Shown here one piece after another: positions 19,201-27,712 of a stretch of DNA of 64,000 bases. The notes beneath the pieces were generated by a model. It did no database searches. It was not told the origin of the DNA and was given only the letters and a program-made list of their open reading frames with translations. Source of the stretch: a virus. The number at the start of each line of letters is the position of its first letter. Position 1 is the first letter of the stretch. The translations under genes were made by a program, and so were the position numbers. The stretch lies in the IMG/VR virus record IMGVR_UViG_3300011116_000655, positions 13,870 to 77,869 of that record. The stretch is one strand, 5' to 3'.

Positions 19201-19694
19201 TAATCCATACGAGGATAGCGATAATAATTTTCAGTCTTATAACTTTCAGAAACAAGCTTGAAAATGTTGTTTAGACCTTGCTGATTTTGTGCAAGAAGAA
19301 CAAGGTGTCGTCGGCGATTAAGAATAGACTTAATCTCCTTTTTAGAAGCCCCTTCATCTTCTACAATTGCACCCGTAACAGATTCATCATCTGCTGTTTT
19401 ATTCTTTTTATCTTCTTTTTGTTTATCATATTCTGTTCGCCATTCATCAAGAGAAGAAATGAAATAAGCTTCAACACCAAAGATTGGCTTGAACTCTTTA
19501 CCTTCTTTCTTCATCTTTTTAGCATGAAGAACCTGCCAAGAAAGACCATTCATGTTTCCGTGGTCAGTCAAAGCAAGTGCATCCATACCATTTGAATAAG
19601 CAAAATCCATGTGGTCTGGTGGGTAACCCATACCATCAAAAATAGAACCTGCTACAGAATGTGCGTGCAATCCAACAAATGGAATCGTATTCAT
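16275..19694 (-). CDS. dnaE: DNA polymerase III alpha subunit (family C)
   Basis: PHP motifs HAHS, TDHG, GVEAY, CDSHY; GPGRGSAAGSLV, FERF, PDIDYD, HAGG, KFDILG, RPGP, YGFNKSHA. Confidence 0.97.
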   Translation of the reverse strand: MNTIPFVGLHAHSVAGSIFDGMGYPPDHMDFAYSNGMDALALTDHGNMNGLSWQVLHAKKMKKEGKEFKPIFGVEAYFISSLDEWRTEYDKQKEDKKNKTADDESVTGAIVEDEGASKKEIKSILNRRRHLVLLAQNQQGLNNIFKLVSESYKTENYYRYPRMDYAMLEKYNEGIIALSACLGGVYAGCYWENKDKGEEAILDSFRTVTKRMVSIFGDRWYGELQWNNVPEQHILNKYIIKMQEEFDIQLVSTCDSHYPNPNAWKDRELYKRLGWLGKGRPEWAEGNSELPAGVDEIGYELYPKNGEQMWDAYKKYSKEGNVHYQDSLVMKSITNSYEIAHKRIENFMPDTTVRLPNFVVPAGFTAGEALRHYSMEGMRNLGLLDKINYIKQLDQELEIIEDRGFSKYFLTMKAISDKAQTMQLVGPGRGSAAGSLVSYVLGITQVDPIKHGLLFERFMTKNQDGFPDIDYDVADPMVLKDILIKEWGDTTVVPISNWNTLQLKSLVKDISKFYNIEFKEVNEVTSKMMLEATPLAKQKHGIKSGVYTPTFEEVKEYSSTLQGFLRKYPHIAEHINALYGQVRSCSRHAGGVVVGENLDQYMPLINSDGVRQTPWSEGQNVRHLEPMGFIKFDILGIASLRMIEGAIRHVLKRHKGIKDPTFEDVKAFYNEHLHPDKMNLNDKKVYKNVFEKGNFAGVFQFTEAPVQEFCKKVKPRNIIDVSAITSIYRPGPLGADVDKLYVAAVEDPESIKYIHPIIKEVTKQTYGFLIFQEQIAILAHKLGKNVDLDEGNKLRKLLTKKGTGKGFEEKDKIHHKFIEGCVEKGIEQKEAQKLWETFEYFSGYGFNKSHAVCYSILSYQCAWLLTYYKAEWIAAFLDKEDAKNKEYAINLAKSMGFKIEPLNLNTSGMVWEISEDGETLIQPLSSIKGLGEVAIQQIFNNRPFKTVEDFIFNENIVYSKLNKKALDVLIRSGACNCLIDNRFTGAKHFWSAVAVDRPRKLKNLLENIETYKPEGEFSNEEKIEYLTQLTGVYPMNLVVSPEIMIRLQEKMIPPISEYDEELGLAWFVVREIEKKKTATGKDYWVLNAIDSTNTEVKIKCWGIKEKDVVFTNRPYMVKPNHDDWGFSINNVAKQLRLLA

Positions 19695-20141
19695 TTATCC
19701 CTCGTAGTCGTCATAGTCTGGTTCTGGAGTATAACTGTCTCCCTTCCAGTAAGCAACTACTTCTTCTGTATCGTCTTGACAGTCTTCGTTTAGACTACCG
19801 CTAATAGGCATTGTATCTGTATCGTGTGGTACAAAAATGCTTTGCATAAGCTCTCCATCTGTAAATTTAAGTTTCCAAGTTGTATAAGCACCATACATTT
19901 CAAACCACCCATGATGGTTTGTATCTACTGTTTCTTGTTCAACAGCACGAAAAATACCAAAAACAGGATGCTTTCTTTCGCTTTCTGGTACAATTTCAAT
20001 TCTACGCTTAATAAGCCAAAGTCTCTTATCTTTAATAAAGTAATTATCTAGATAAGAACCAAGATCTTTAGTTTGGTACTCTCCAGCATCTGGTCCGTTT
20101 TCTATACTTTCCACAACTTCAATTGTATCAAACATCCCCAT
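19695..20141 (-). CDS. Conserved phage hypothetical protein (MGMFD family)
   Basis: MGMFDTI...YQTKDL...F.DG.L. Confidence 0.7.
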   Translation of the reverse strand: MGMFDTIEVVESIENGPDAGEYQTKDLGSYLDNYFIKDKRLWLIKRRIEIVPESERKHPVFGIFRAVEQETVDTNHHGWFEMYGAYTTWKLKFTDGELMQSIFVPHDTDTMPISGSLNEDCQDDTEEVVAYWKGDSYTPEPDYDDYEG

Positions 20142-21018
20142 CTTGTTCTTCCTCCTCTTCGTCTAACATACCGTATAACGTGTATGGTGTCTTTGTAAAG
20201 TACTTTTTTATAGTAGATTGATTGTAGTATTTAGTTTCTGATGAACCCAAAAAACTACAATAATTTTTCCAACTATCAATTCTGTGGTATGAATGAAGCT
20301 TGTTAGGTTTATAGTCTGTTATTATACTACTATTAAAAACGTCGTCAATGGTGTATTCAATCCAAGGTTTATCTAACTTTCTTTTGTTGATTATGTCTCT
20401 AAACATTTTAAATTGTTTTCTTGAAAAAGTAAATCCTAAGTATTCACCATCTAAAACAGTTTTTCCATCTTTTGTAGAATGAAGATAATTTTCGTATGTA
20501 CTAAACCTTTCTCTATTTTTAGCAATTTGCCTTGGAGCATAAACTCCATAAGGAAAAGCTACATAATACATTGCAGGTAACAACCATTTAGACATTTTAT
20601 AACTTGTATAGTATGCATAATAAGCACCTTGTACAACAGAAAATGGAAGACTTGTTTTATACCTTTTATTTTGTAAAATTGGTACGTAATAAATTGGTAT
20701 CTTTTTAAACATTACAGTATTAAAACCTTCTGGGGTTTTATGCTTAAAATAACTTCTAACTGGGTCGTATACAAACTCACCAATTTTATTTTTAAGTACT
20801 CTGCTTATGTCTTGATTGCATACTACCCAAATAGTTTCACAACCAGCCCAAGCACATTCAAGTATAGCTCTTTCAACTGCCGTATAGTTTTGTGCTATAG
20901 GCATCATAGCATCGGGCCAAGGCATGTTAAAATCTAAACTTTTACCTGCGATTGGGACGATACCTGCCAAGTGCGAGATCTTCGACGTTGTAAGCTGATC
21001 TTCATTAATTTGTTGCAT
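20128..21018 (-). CDS. Divergent sugar-phosphate nucleotidyltransferase-fold (GT-A) protein
   Basis: LAGIVPIAG...PDAMMPI....AVERAILEC..AGCETIWVV matches the NTP_transferase N-terminus, but the GxGxR loop is altered. Confidence 0.6.
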   Translation of the reverse strand: MQQINEDQLTTSKISHLAGIVPIAGKSLDFNMPWPDAMMPIAQNYTAVERAILECAWAGCETIWVVCNQDISRVLKNKIGEFVYDPVRSYFKHKTPEGFNTVMFKKIPIYYVPILQNKRYKTSLPFSVVQGAYYAYYTSYKMSKWLLPAMYYVAFPYGVYAPRQIAKNRERFSTYENYLHSTKDGKTVLDGEYLGFTFSRKQFKMFRDIINKRKLDKPWIEYTIDDVFNSSIITDYKPNKLHSYHRIDSWKNYCSFLGSSETKYYNQSTIKKYFTKTPYTLYGMLDEEEEEQDGDV

Positions 21019-21884
21019 AAGACATACTCCAGTATAGGCAATCTACCAAACATTCCAATTACTTCATCTGCCGTCAAGGACATAAATTTAATGTTGTCCG
21101 TATCTCTAAACACGTTTGGTTTTTCTTTTTCTATTACTCTGCTAACAAACGAATAAAGAACTGGTCTGTATTTTTGCGTTCCACTTTTATGAAATCCGTT
21201 TTCACAGCCTTTCATGTTGTATTTTTCAAACTGTTCTTTCAAAATAAATTTAATGTTGTAATCTGTAAGACCATCTTGAACATCTCGTAAGGAGTGACAA
21301 TAAGAAATTAAACAACCATCTTTTGCTCTTTTTTCGTTTGAGGGTGGAAGAAACCAAATTTGATTTACATAATCATAATCTGTATAAATTACATCATACG
21401 ACTTATCCATAAATTTTAATTTATTAAATTGTACAAAGTCTTTAACTATGTATTTGTCATTAACAACAATTGGATCTGGTAGACCTTCCACACCTTGATC
21501 ATCAAAAACTAAAATTTCTTCTGCTTCTATTTTTATTAGTCTTGAATTTTGCGTAGATAATTTAACTAATCCATCATCTATTCTTATTGATTGTAGGTTA
21601 GTAGCTGGCAATAAGCCACGAAGCGATAAAACAAAAACTAACCGACCCCAAAGTATTTCTTTTTGAGGTCTGGTTAGTATTGTTCCTTTATTAGTATCCA
21701 ACTCATGTAGTTCTGGAAACACATGGAGAAACCTGTAGTCTTGTCCTACTGTTAAACTATCAAAAACAGTAGGTACTTTTGGTACTACATAGAATACTGG
21801 TGTTTTAGTATAAAGTGCATATAATAGTGATTCAAGTGTCGCACCTATTATAATTCTTTTATGCTTGTGTATGGTTCCTTTCAT
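20934..21884 (-). CDS. Hypothetical protein with degenerate Rossmann-like N-terminus
   Basis: RIIIGATLESLLYAL...PVFYV resembles beta-alpha-beta dinucleotide-binding starts. Confidence 0.5.
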   Translation of the reverse strand: MKGTIHKHKRIIIGATLESLLYALYTKTPVFYVVPKVPTVFDSLTVGQDYRFLHVFPELHELDTNKGTILTRPQKEILWGRLVFVLSLRGLLPATNLQSIRIDDGLVKLSTQNSRLIKIEAEEILVFDDQGVEGLPDPIVVNDKYIVKDFVQFNKLKFMDKSYDVIYTDYDYVNQIWFLPPSNEKRAKDGCLISYCHSLRDVQDGLTDYNIKFILKEQFEKYNMKGCENGFHKSGTQKYRPVLYSFVSRVIEKEKPNVFRDTDNIKFMSLTADEVIGMFGRLPILEYVLCNKLMKISLQRRRSRTWQVSSQSQVKV

Positions 21885-22575
21885 CTACAATTCTTCTATA
21901 AGCTGCTACAGTCTTTGGATACAGTTCACTTGCAATTTCTAAGCAAGCCTCTGCAACTTTTTGGATTTCCCATTGTGCCCCTTCATGACTTCTAAGATCA
22001 ATAAATTTTAGAAGATTAGAAAGATTAACTGTTCCATAATACTCTGTATACATGGCTTGTGGAAGAACCATTCTTGCTTGTTCTCTACAAACACCGTTAT
22101 CAATTAATTTATTAAACAGAGTAAGAGAGTGCTTGAAGTGTCCAGCAACAATTGATGATGCAGGGTGTTGAATTCCAAAACCCTCATTGTGGAACATAGG
22201 ATCGAATGTCTCATTGGTCGAAGCCTGTCTATTAGAAGCATGTTGTTTACGGTATCCTTTTGGCTCATAGAATTCGATGTTAAAGTCTGTGTATCTACGA
22301 CTAATTTCATTATAAGACCAAGTACGGTGCCTGTGATGTTGTGAGCGTACAAACAGAGGTACTTTGAATCTAAAAGTAATTAGGTTGTGTTCTAATACAG
22401 AAGTATGTCTATGACGGATAAGATAATCAATAAGCTTTTCATCTTTATCATCTAACTCTTCCTTGTGTTTACCAAACGAAACACGGGCTGAGTTGACCAC
22501 AGTAAGGTCAGAACCCATATAATCTACAAGTTCTACCTTACCAATACCATCACCATATAGATCAATAGATTTCAT
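21859..22575 (-). CDS. thyX: Flavin-dependent thymidylate synthase
   Basis: NSARVSF, H.SVLEH, RHRTWSYNEISRRY, EQARMVLP, AQWEI. Confidence 0.96.
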   Translation of the reverse strand: MKSIDLYGDGIGKVELVDYMGSDLTVVNSARVSFGKHKEELDDKDEKLIDYLIRHRHTSVLEHNLITFRFKVPLFVRSQHHRHRTWSYNEISRRYTDFNIEFYEPKGYRKQHASNRQASTNETFDPMFHNEGFGIQHPASSIVAGHFKHSLTLFNKLIDNGVCREQARMVLPQAMYTEYYGTVNLSNLLKFIDLRSHEGAQWEIQKVAEACLEIASELYPKTVAAYRRIVDERNHTQA

Positions 22576-23058
22576 TTATTCCTCTTCTTTGTGAAGTGGT
22601 CCATCCTTTGGTGGTTGTGCTTTAGTACCAAAGTAATAAGCAAATACCATTAAACAAGTTTGCTGAATAAATTCAAGTATCTTCATTGATTCGTTACCAT
22701 GAAGAAGTTGAGTAGAAGGACCAGCTACAATCTTATCAGCTACGAAAATACCTGCAATAAGCGCAAACATTGTAGTTACAAACTGTGTCAAAGCTGAATG
22801 GTCAGACGCTGCCTTTCTATAAATGTACTGAACAACACCGATTACTGCTGTTACAATAGCAACTGCAAAAAATACAGCAATCATTGTTGACCCATAAGTG
22901 TCATAAAGACTTGGGTATTGTCTCTGACCGTTTAGCACAGCAGGAAGGTCAGCTAAATCTTCAGTTGTTGTGGTAGCTTGTACTGTTACAGGTTCATCTG
23001 CAAATGGTGCTTCTTCCTCGTTTGCAATTACTGGTGCATTTTCTTCTAATGGTTCCAT
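22576..23058 (-). CDS. Membrane protein with about 3 TM helices (holin-like C-terminus possible)
   Basis: Three hydrophobic segments; final one ends VFAYYFGTK. Confidence 0.55.
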   Translation of the reverse strand: MEPLEENAPVIANEEEAPFADEPVTVQATTTTEDLADLPAVLNGQRQYPSLYDTYGSTMIAVFFAVAIVTAVIGVVQYIYRKAASDHSALTQFVTTMFALIAGIFVADKIVAGPSTQLLHGNESMKILEFIQQTCLMVFAYYFGTKAQPPKDGPLHKEEE

Positions 23059-23060
23059 TT

Positions 23061-23318
23061 TTATTCCTCGCTAATTACGGCTTTACTTACAAGTGCGTTA
23101 TGACTTTCTACAAGTTCATCAATGTTAATTTTTGCCTTTGACAGTCTATAAGCCTTAACTGCCATTTTAATATCTTCCTTTGTAAGCCAAGCGTTATCTA
23201 CATAGTCTTGTCGAAGCTCTTTCATCTGTTCTTTGAAAGGCGTAATACATTCTTCAATCGAGGCAAGACTACGAATGTAATTCGCAATGTGTTCCTCACG
23301 ACTTAGTGCATCAGACAT
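23061..23318 (-). CDS. T4 DsbA/GapR-like dsDNA-binding protein
   Basis: YIRSLASIEE....KEQMKELRQDY.....L.KEDIKMAVKAYR helical pattern. Confidence 0.55.
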   Translation of the reverse strand: MSDALSREEHIANYIRSLASIEECITPFKEQMKELRQDYVDNAWLTKEDIKMAVKAYRLSKAKINIDELVESHNALVSKAVISEE

Positions 23319-23599
23319 TAATCCTCCTTAGTTACGGTTGCTAAAACATGATTTTCTTGAATTAGATAATGTGTTTGATTATCTATTTCTATTTCTTCCA
23401 ACATATGTGTAGGAACCAAAATTAAGCTTTCTGGTTCATACTTCTCTGTCGAATCCTCTATAACACGGACAACCTTGTATGGCTTCTCTTTTTCTTTATA
23501 ATCTGTTGGTAGAACGAAAGCGTGTTGTGGTTGCAATACTGCTTTAACCGCTAGTTGTTCAACAAGCAAGTATTTATTTCTTGGAGACAAATAATACAT
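23318..23599 (-). CDS. Divergent GroES-like co-chaperonin
   Basis: LSPRNKYLLVE...FVLP...EIEIDNQTHYLIQENHVLA follows the GroES pattern (PL.DRVLV...I.LP...E..Y.I..E.DILA). Confidence 0.7.
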   Translation of the reverse strand: MYYLSPRNKYLLVEQLAVKAVLQPQHAFVLPTDYKEKEKPYKVVRVIEDSTEKYEPESLILVPTHMLEEIEIDNQTHYLIQENHVLATVTKED

Positions 23600-23823
23600 T
23601 ATACACCTAATACCTTTTTGTGAGTTTCATATTCTTCTTTTGATAAGAAATTTGTTGTTCTTGCATTACAATACTTACAATAAAAATCTACCTGTATAGA
23701 ATTGTTAAATTTTGTTTCTATATTTCCTGTTGGTAACCAATAATGAGTTCTACTATCTGGTGAAGGGAAACATTTTTTATCTTGTTCTTGTCTTGCAACT
23801 AAATGATTACATTTTGTAGACAT
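23599..23823 (-). CDS. Small zinc-binding hypothetical protein
   Basis: C..H..FYCKYC; start MSTKC at 23823 behind an AGGAGG SD. Confidence 0.6.
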   Translation of the reverse strand: MSTKCNHLVARQEQDKKCFPSPDSRTHYWLPTGNIETKFNNSIQVDFYCKYCNARTTNFLSKEEYETHKKVLGV

Positions 23824-23829
23824 AAAAAA

Positions 23830-23878
23830 CCTCCTAATCAATTATTATTAAAATAATCAATTAGGAGGCTTATGTCAA
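23830..23878 (-). promoter_or_regulatory. Sigma70 promoter within an RBS-sequestering hairpin/terminator after nrdJ
   Basis: TTGACA-17 nt-TATTTT; stem CCTCCTAAT/ATTAGGAGG followed by TTTTTT. Confidence 0.65.
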
Positions 23879-23887
23879 GTTATTTTA

Positions 23888-26293
23888 TCAGCCGCACTTG
23901 CTATTTCCACAGTCTGCACAAGTAACGCATCCATCTTGGTAAATCAAGTTAGTTGAACCACAATCTGTACAACTTTTTTGTCCTGTTGCTTTTGTTCCAT
24001 CTGGTACATATTGCTTCAAAACTCTTGCAATAGAACGTGCAAATGAGAACATATCTGAATCTTGTTCTTTCTGTAACTGCTCCACAACATAGTTAATTGG
24101 CGCACCATGACGAAGTGAAAGAGAAAGTAGTCTGGTAAATGCTGAATGATTTGCATTATCAAATACCTTAACAACATCACGAATAGTTAAATCATCTACA
24201 ATTAAATCATAGCGTGATTGTGTCTTAGAAACAGATGTTTTGTATAGAGATCCTTTCTTTGCGTTCTTTGGAAGGTCCACAAGTTTGTTTGCACCACCAA
24301 GGATTTCGTATGGTTTACCATCCATAAGACCAACAAGGATAGTCCACTTCTCACCTTTAATTGAAAGATTGTGGATTTCTGCTTCTAGTGTTTCTGGGCG
24401 TTTTGGCGCATTGTATTGTGGGAATACGTCTTTCTTGGTTTCTGTAATAAGCACACCATCACGGGAACCATCAACATAAACTGTAATACCTTTAAGACCA
24501 AGCTTCCAGCCAAGTCTGTAAAGTTCAGAAACTACATCTGGACTTGTACCTTTTGGTAGATTGATTGTAGAAGAAATAGAATGGTCAATGTGTTTTTGAA
24601 TAACACCTTGAATTTCTACACGACGCTTCCAATCAATCTTATCTGATTCAGTAAAGAACGCAGGAATTTCTTCAGTCTCATACTCTTTCAAATAATCTTG
24701 TACGTTTTGGTGGTAAACCTTGTATTCTGTCCATTTATCTCCCATAACGTCTACAAAGGCAGCAGCTTGATCTTGCTCGTTGTGAGAAAGTTTACGACGA
24801 CGAATGTAGAAATTACGGAATACTGGCTCAAGACCAGAAGAAGTCTGTGACATAATTGAAACAGAGCCAGTAGGAGCATTTGTTAGAATACTAATGTTTC
24901 TACGACCATGAGTTTTAATTGCGTTTTGAATACTTGTTGGAAGTGATTTGATAAACTCATTATCTTTTTCAAGTTCCCAATTAAATACATTAAATGATCC
25001 ACGTTCTTTTGCAAGCCATACTGACTCTGTATAAGCTGATTCTTTGAGAGTACGATAGATTTTATCAATCATTACAAGACCATCAGCAGAATCGTATGGC
25101 ATCTTCAAACAAGCAAGAGCATCTGCAAGACCGTGAGTACCAAGACCTGTTCTACGACCATCTACACAAGCACGAAGAAGATTTAACCAAAGTTCTTTTT
25201 CATCTGGTGTGTCACAAGAAGCAACAATTTTTGTAAGCTTCTCAATTTCAAGCTCTACCAAATCATCTGAAAGTCTCATTGCACGCTTAACAACGCCTTC
25301 AAACTTCTCAAAATGGAAGTAAGCATTGTCTTTGAATGGATTAACAACAAATGACTTTAGATTTACAGAAATAAGACGGCATGAGTCATAAGCAGAAAGT
25401 GGAATTTCTCCACATGGGTTTGTTGTAAGGGTTTTAAACCCATGATCTTTATAGCTTTCTGCTGGCAAGAACTTCTCAATGTTGCCCCACATCAAGAGTC
25501 CTGGTTCTGCCGTTTTTGTCGCAGAATCAACGACACTTTTCCATACCTCTCTGGCTCTAACAGTTTTAGAATAACTAGGATTATCGGAATCAACAGGAAA
25601 TCTAAGAGTAAAATCCTTGTCTTGTTCCACAGCTTCCATGAAATCGTCTGTAATTCTGATTGAGACATTTGCACCTGTAACCTTTGTTAAATCATGCTTC
25701 ATTGTAACAAACTTTTCAACGTCTGGGTGTCTTACATCAATAGAAATCATAAGGGCACCACGACGACCATTCTGACCGATCATTCTACATACATAAGAAT
25801 AAAAGTCAGCAAATGACCAAGCACCAGTTGTAGTACCAGCAGAGTTATTTACTCCCATTCCTTCTGGTCTAAGATTTGAAATGTCAAGACCTACACCACA
25901 ACGACGCTTAAATAAGTTTGCAAGGTGTTTACCAGAGTCAACAATAGAAGAAACATTATCTTCTGGTGAAGCTACAACAACACAATTTGACAATGAAGCT
26001 AGGGTTTCGTTATTACCAATTCCATACATAGGAGAACCCTGTGGAACAATGTATTTGAAATCCTTAATGTCTTCATAAATTGTATCATAACTTAGTGCAG
26101 ATTCACCACCAAACTTTGCCTCAATACGTGCAAACTCAGCAGCAATACGCTTATGCATTTGATCTGGATTATTCTCCAGATACTTACCATTCTTAGTTTT
26201 AAGGGCATATTTTGTAGTAAATACATTTGCAGCAAGTTCATCACCCTTAAAGTATTGTAAACTTTCTGCATTTACTTCTTCTCTGTTATACAT
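23888..26293 (-). CDS. nrdJ: Class II (adenosylcobalamin-dependent) ribonucleotide reductase
   Basis: SLSNC, GRRGALM, GANVS, EPG, TNPCGE, RRTGLG, APTGS..SSGLEP, SISSTINL, GLKGITVY; C-terminal TSCPD-like domain and Zn ribbon; no small subunit gene nearby. Confidence 0.9.
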   Translation of the reverse strand: MYNREEVNAESLQYFKGDELAANVFTTKYALKTKNGKYLENNPDQMHKRIAAEFARIEAKFGGESALSYDTIYEDIKDFKYIVPQGSPMYGIGNNETLASLSNCVVVASPEDNVSSIVDSGKHLANLFKRRCGVGLDISNLRPEGMGVNNSAGTTTGAWSFADFYSYVCRMIGQNGRRGALMISIDVRHPDVEKFVTMKHDLTKVTGANVSIRITDDFMEAVEQDKDFTLRFPVDSDNPSYSKTVRAREVWKSVVDSATKTAEPGLLMWGNIEKFLPAESYKDHGFKTLTTNPCGEIPLSAYDSCRLISVNLKSFVVNPFKDNAYFHFEKFEGVVKRAMRLSDDLVELEIEKLTKIVASCDTPDEKELWLNLLRACVDGRRTGLGTHGLADALACLKMPYDSADGLVMIDKIYRTLKESAYTESVWLAKERGSFNVFNWELEKDNEFIKSLPTSIQNAIKTHGRRNISILTNAPTGSVSIMSQTSSGLEPVFRNFYIRRRKLSHNEQDQAAAFVDVMGDKWTEYKVYHQNVQDYLKEYETEEIPAFFTESDKIDWKRRVEIQGVIQKHIDHSISSTINLPKGTSPDVVSELYRLGWKLGLKGITVYVDGSRDGVLITETKKDVFPQYNAPKRPETLEAEIHNLSIKGEKWTILVGLMDGKPYEILGGANKLVDLPKNAKKGSLYKTSVSKTQSRYDLIVDDLTIRDVVKVFDNANHSAFTRLLSLSLRHGAPINYVVEQLQKEQDSDMFSFARSIARVLKQYVPDGTKATGQKSCTDCGSTNLIYQDGCVTCADCGNSKCG

Positions 26294-27677
26294 TTATTTC
26301 ATCCTTTGTTTTCTTTTTATAGTTCTTGTATTTCTTTTTTAGATTGTCTTCCTGCTCTTTAGAGGAACGTACCATTATGTCCGATGGAGTCTCACCTGTC
26401 GAGGGCAAAACTTTTATTTTTACATTAGATGTATCCATGAAGATTGGAAAGACAAGACCATCTGGTCCATTACGATTTTTAGCTACAAAGATACGTCCAG
26501 AATTAGATGCTTTATCCTCTACAGTTCTTGACACGGAACAAATAAAGTCTGCTACGAAACATTTGTTGAACGCTTCGCTAATACTTTCCATAGTAATAAC
26601 TTCCGCATTTAGACCAGATCGATTCGTTTGTGATGCTGTCCAAACAGGGCAAGTATATTCTTGAGACAATCCTCGTAGTTCTTCATAAATAGTCTCAAGC
26701 TCCTGTCTCTTCTCTTTCTGATTAGAAATAGGTTTCAACAAATCACCATAGTCAACAATAATCATATCTGGCTTAATGCCTTTCACTTTTAATTTTTCAA
26801 GATGAAGTTTAAGTGTATTGGTAGAAGCTGATTTTGTTGGATACTCTTTTACAATTAATTTACCAGGAAGGTTTTGAACAGATTCATAAATTTGTTCTTT
26901 ATAAGAATACAAATCTTTCAACTCAATACCTGTTAGACAACTATCATAACGTGAAGCAACAACAGAATCTGCAAGCTCCAAAGTATAATGCACTACAGTT
27001 TTACCTGCTTTCAAAGCCTCAGTACCAAGATGAACAAGTACCATCGATTTACCAGCACCTGTAGGAGCGATTACAACACCAAGTTCACCAGTACCAAGAC
27101 CACCCTTACAAATACTGTCAATCTCGTTCCAACCCATAGAGATAGGATTGCGAGACTTAATTTGGAATCGCTTCTCAAAGTCTACAAGGTAATCGTAACC
27201 AAAATCAGATGTAGTACCAAGCTTTAGTGCTTCATTGATGGTTTTGGAGATTTCATCAAAAGAAGCATTTTGTAGAAGTTTGACAGACTTCAACATAGCT
27301 TCTTTCAACTTCTGTTTCTTACAAAAGTCAAGTGATGTTTCTTTGATAAATTGTGCGCCATCTGGTTCTGCTTCTGGCATACGAGCAAAATAGTCACGCA
27401 CTTGCTTCTGTACTGTCTCATTTTGATCTTCAAGACCTGTACGAAGAAGTGTGGTCATAATTTCAAATGTAGGATGAATCTTGTATTTATCTTTGTAATT
27501 AAATACAAGAGTCACGAAAGATTGAAGGTATTTTAGCTCAAGAAACTCAATAGCAAAAACCTCACGAATCTGGTCACAAAATGGACGATCCATGAGCATT
27601 AATTGTACTAGACTCTCTTGAAAGCTTTTTCCAAAACGAGAGAAGTCACCCCTCTCGCTGGTAGAGGCTGTTGTCAT
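26286..27677 (-). CDS. Replicative DnaB/gp41-like helicase
   Basis: GELGVVIAPTGAGKS, YTLEL, IIVDYGDLL, WTASQTNR, KNRNG. Confidence 0.93.
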   Translation of the reverse strand: MTTASTSERGDFSRFGKSFQESLVQLMLMDRPFCDQIREVFAIEFLELKYLQSFVTLVFNYKDKYKIHPTFEIMTTLLRTGLEDQNETVQKQVRDYFARMPEAEPDGAQFIKETSLDFCKKQKLKEAMLKSVKLLQNASFDEISKTINEALKLGTTSDFGYDYLVDFEKRFQIKSRNPISMGWNEIDSICKGGLGTGELGVVIAPTGAGKSMVLVHLGTEALKAGKTVVHYTLELADSVVASRYDSCLTGIELKDLYSYKEQIYESVQNLPGKLIVKEYPTKSASTNTLKLHLEKLKVKGIKPDMIIVDYGDLLKPISNQKEKRQELETIYEELRGLSQEYTCPVWTASQTNRSGLNAEVITMESISEAFNKCFVADFICSVSRTVEDKASNSGRIFVAKNRNGPDGLVFPIFMDTSNVKIKVLPSTGETPSDIMVRSSKEQEDNLKKKYKNYKKKTKDEINV

Positions 27678-27712
27678 GTTAGCACCTGTTAGTGATTAAA
27701 GGATAATACGGT

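Noticed and set aside
20934-21884. Resemblance of the N-terminus to eukaryotic Rab-GDI
   Set aside because: Only a generic Rossmann-like first strand-helix; insufficient for a specific call.
16275-27677. Inteins or introns in dnaE, nrdJ or helicase
   Set aside because: Lengths are normal and no C...HN/C splice motifs or LAGLIDADG inserts are visible.
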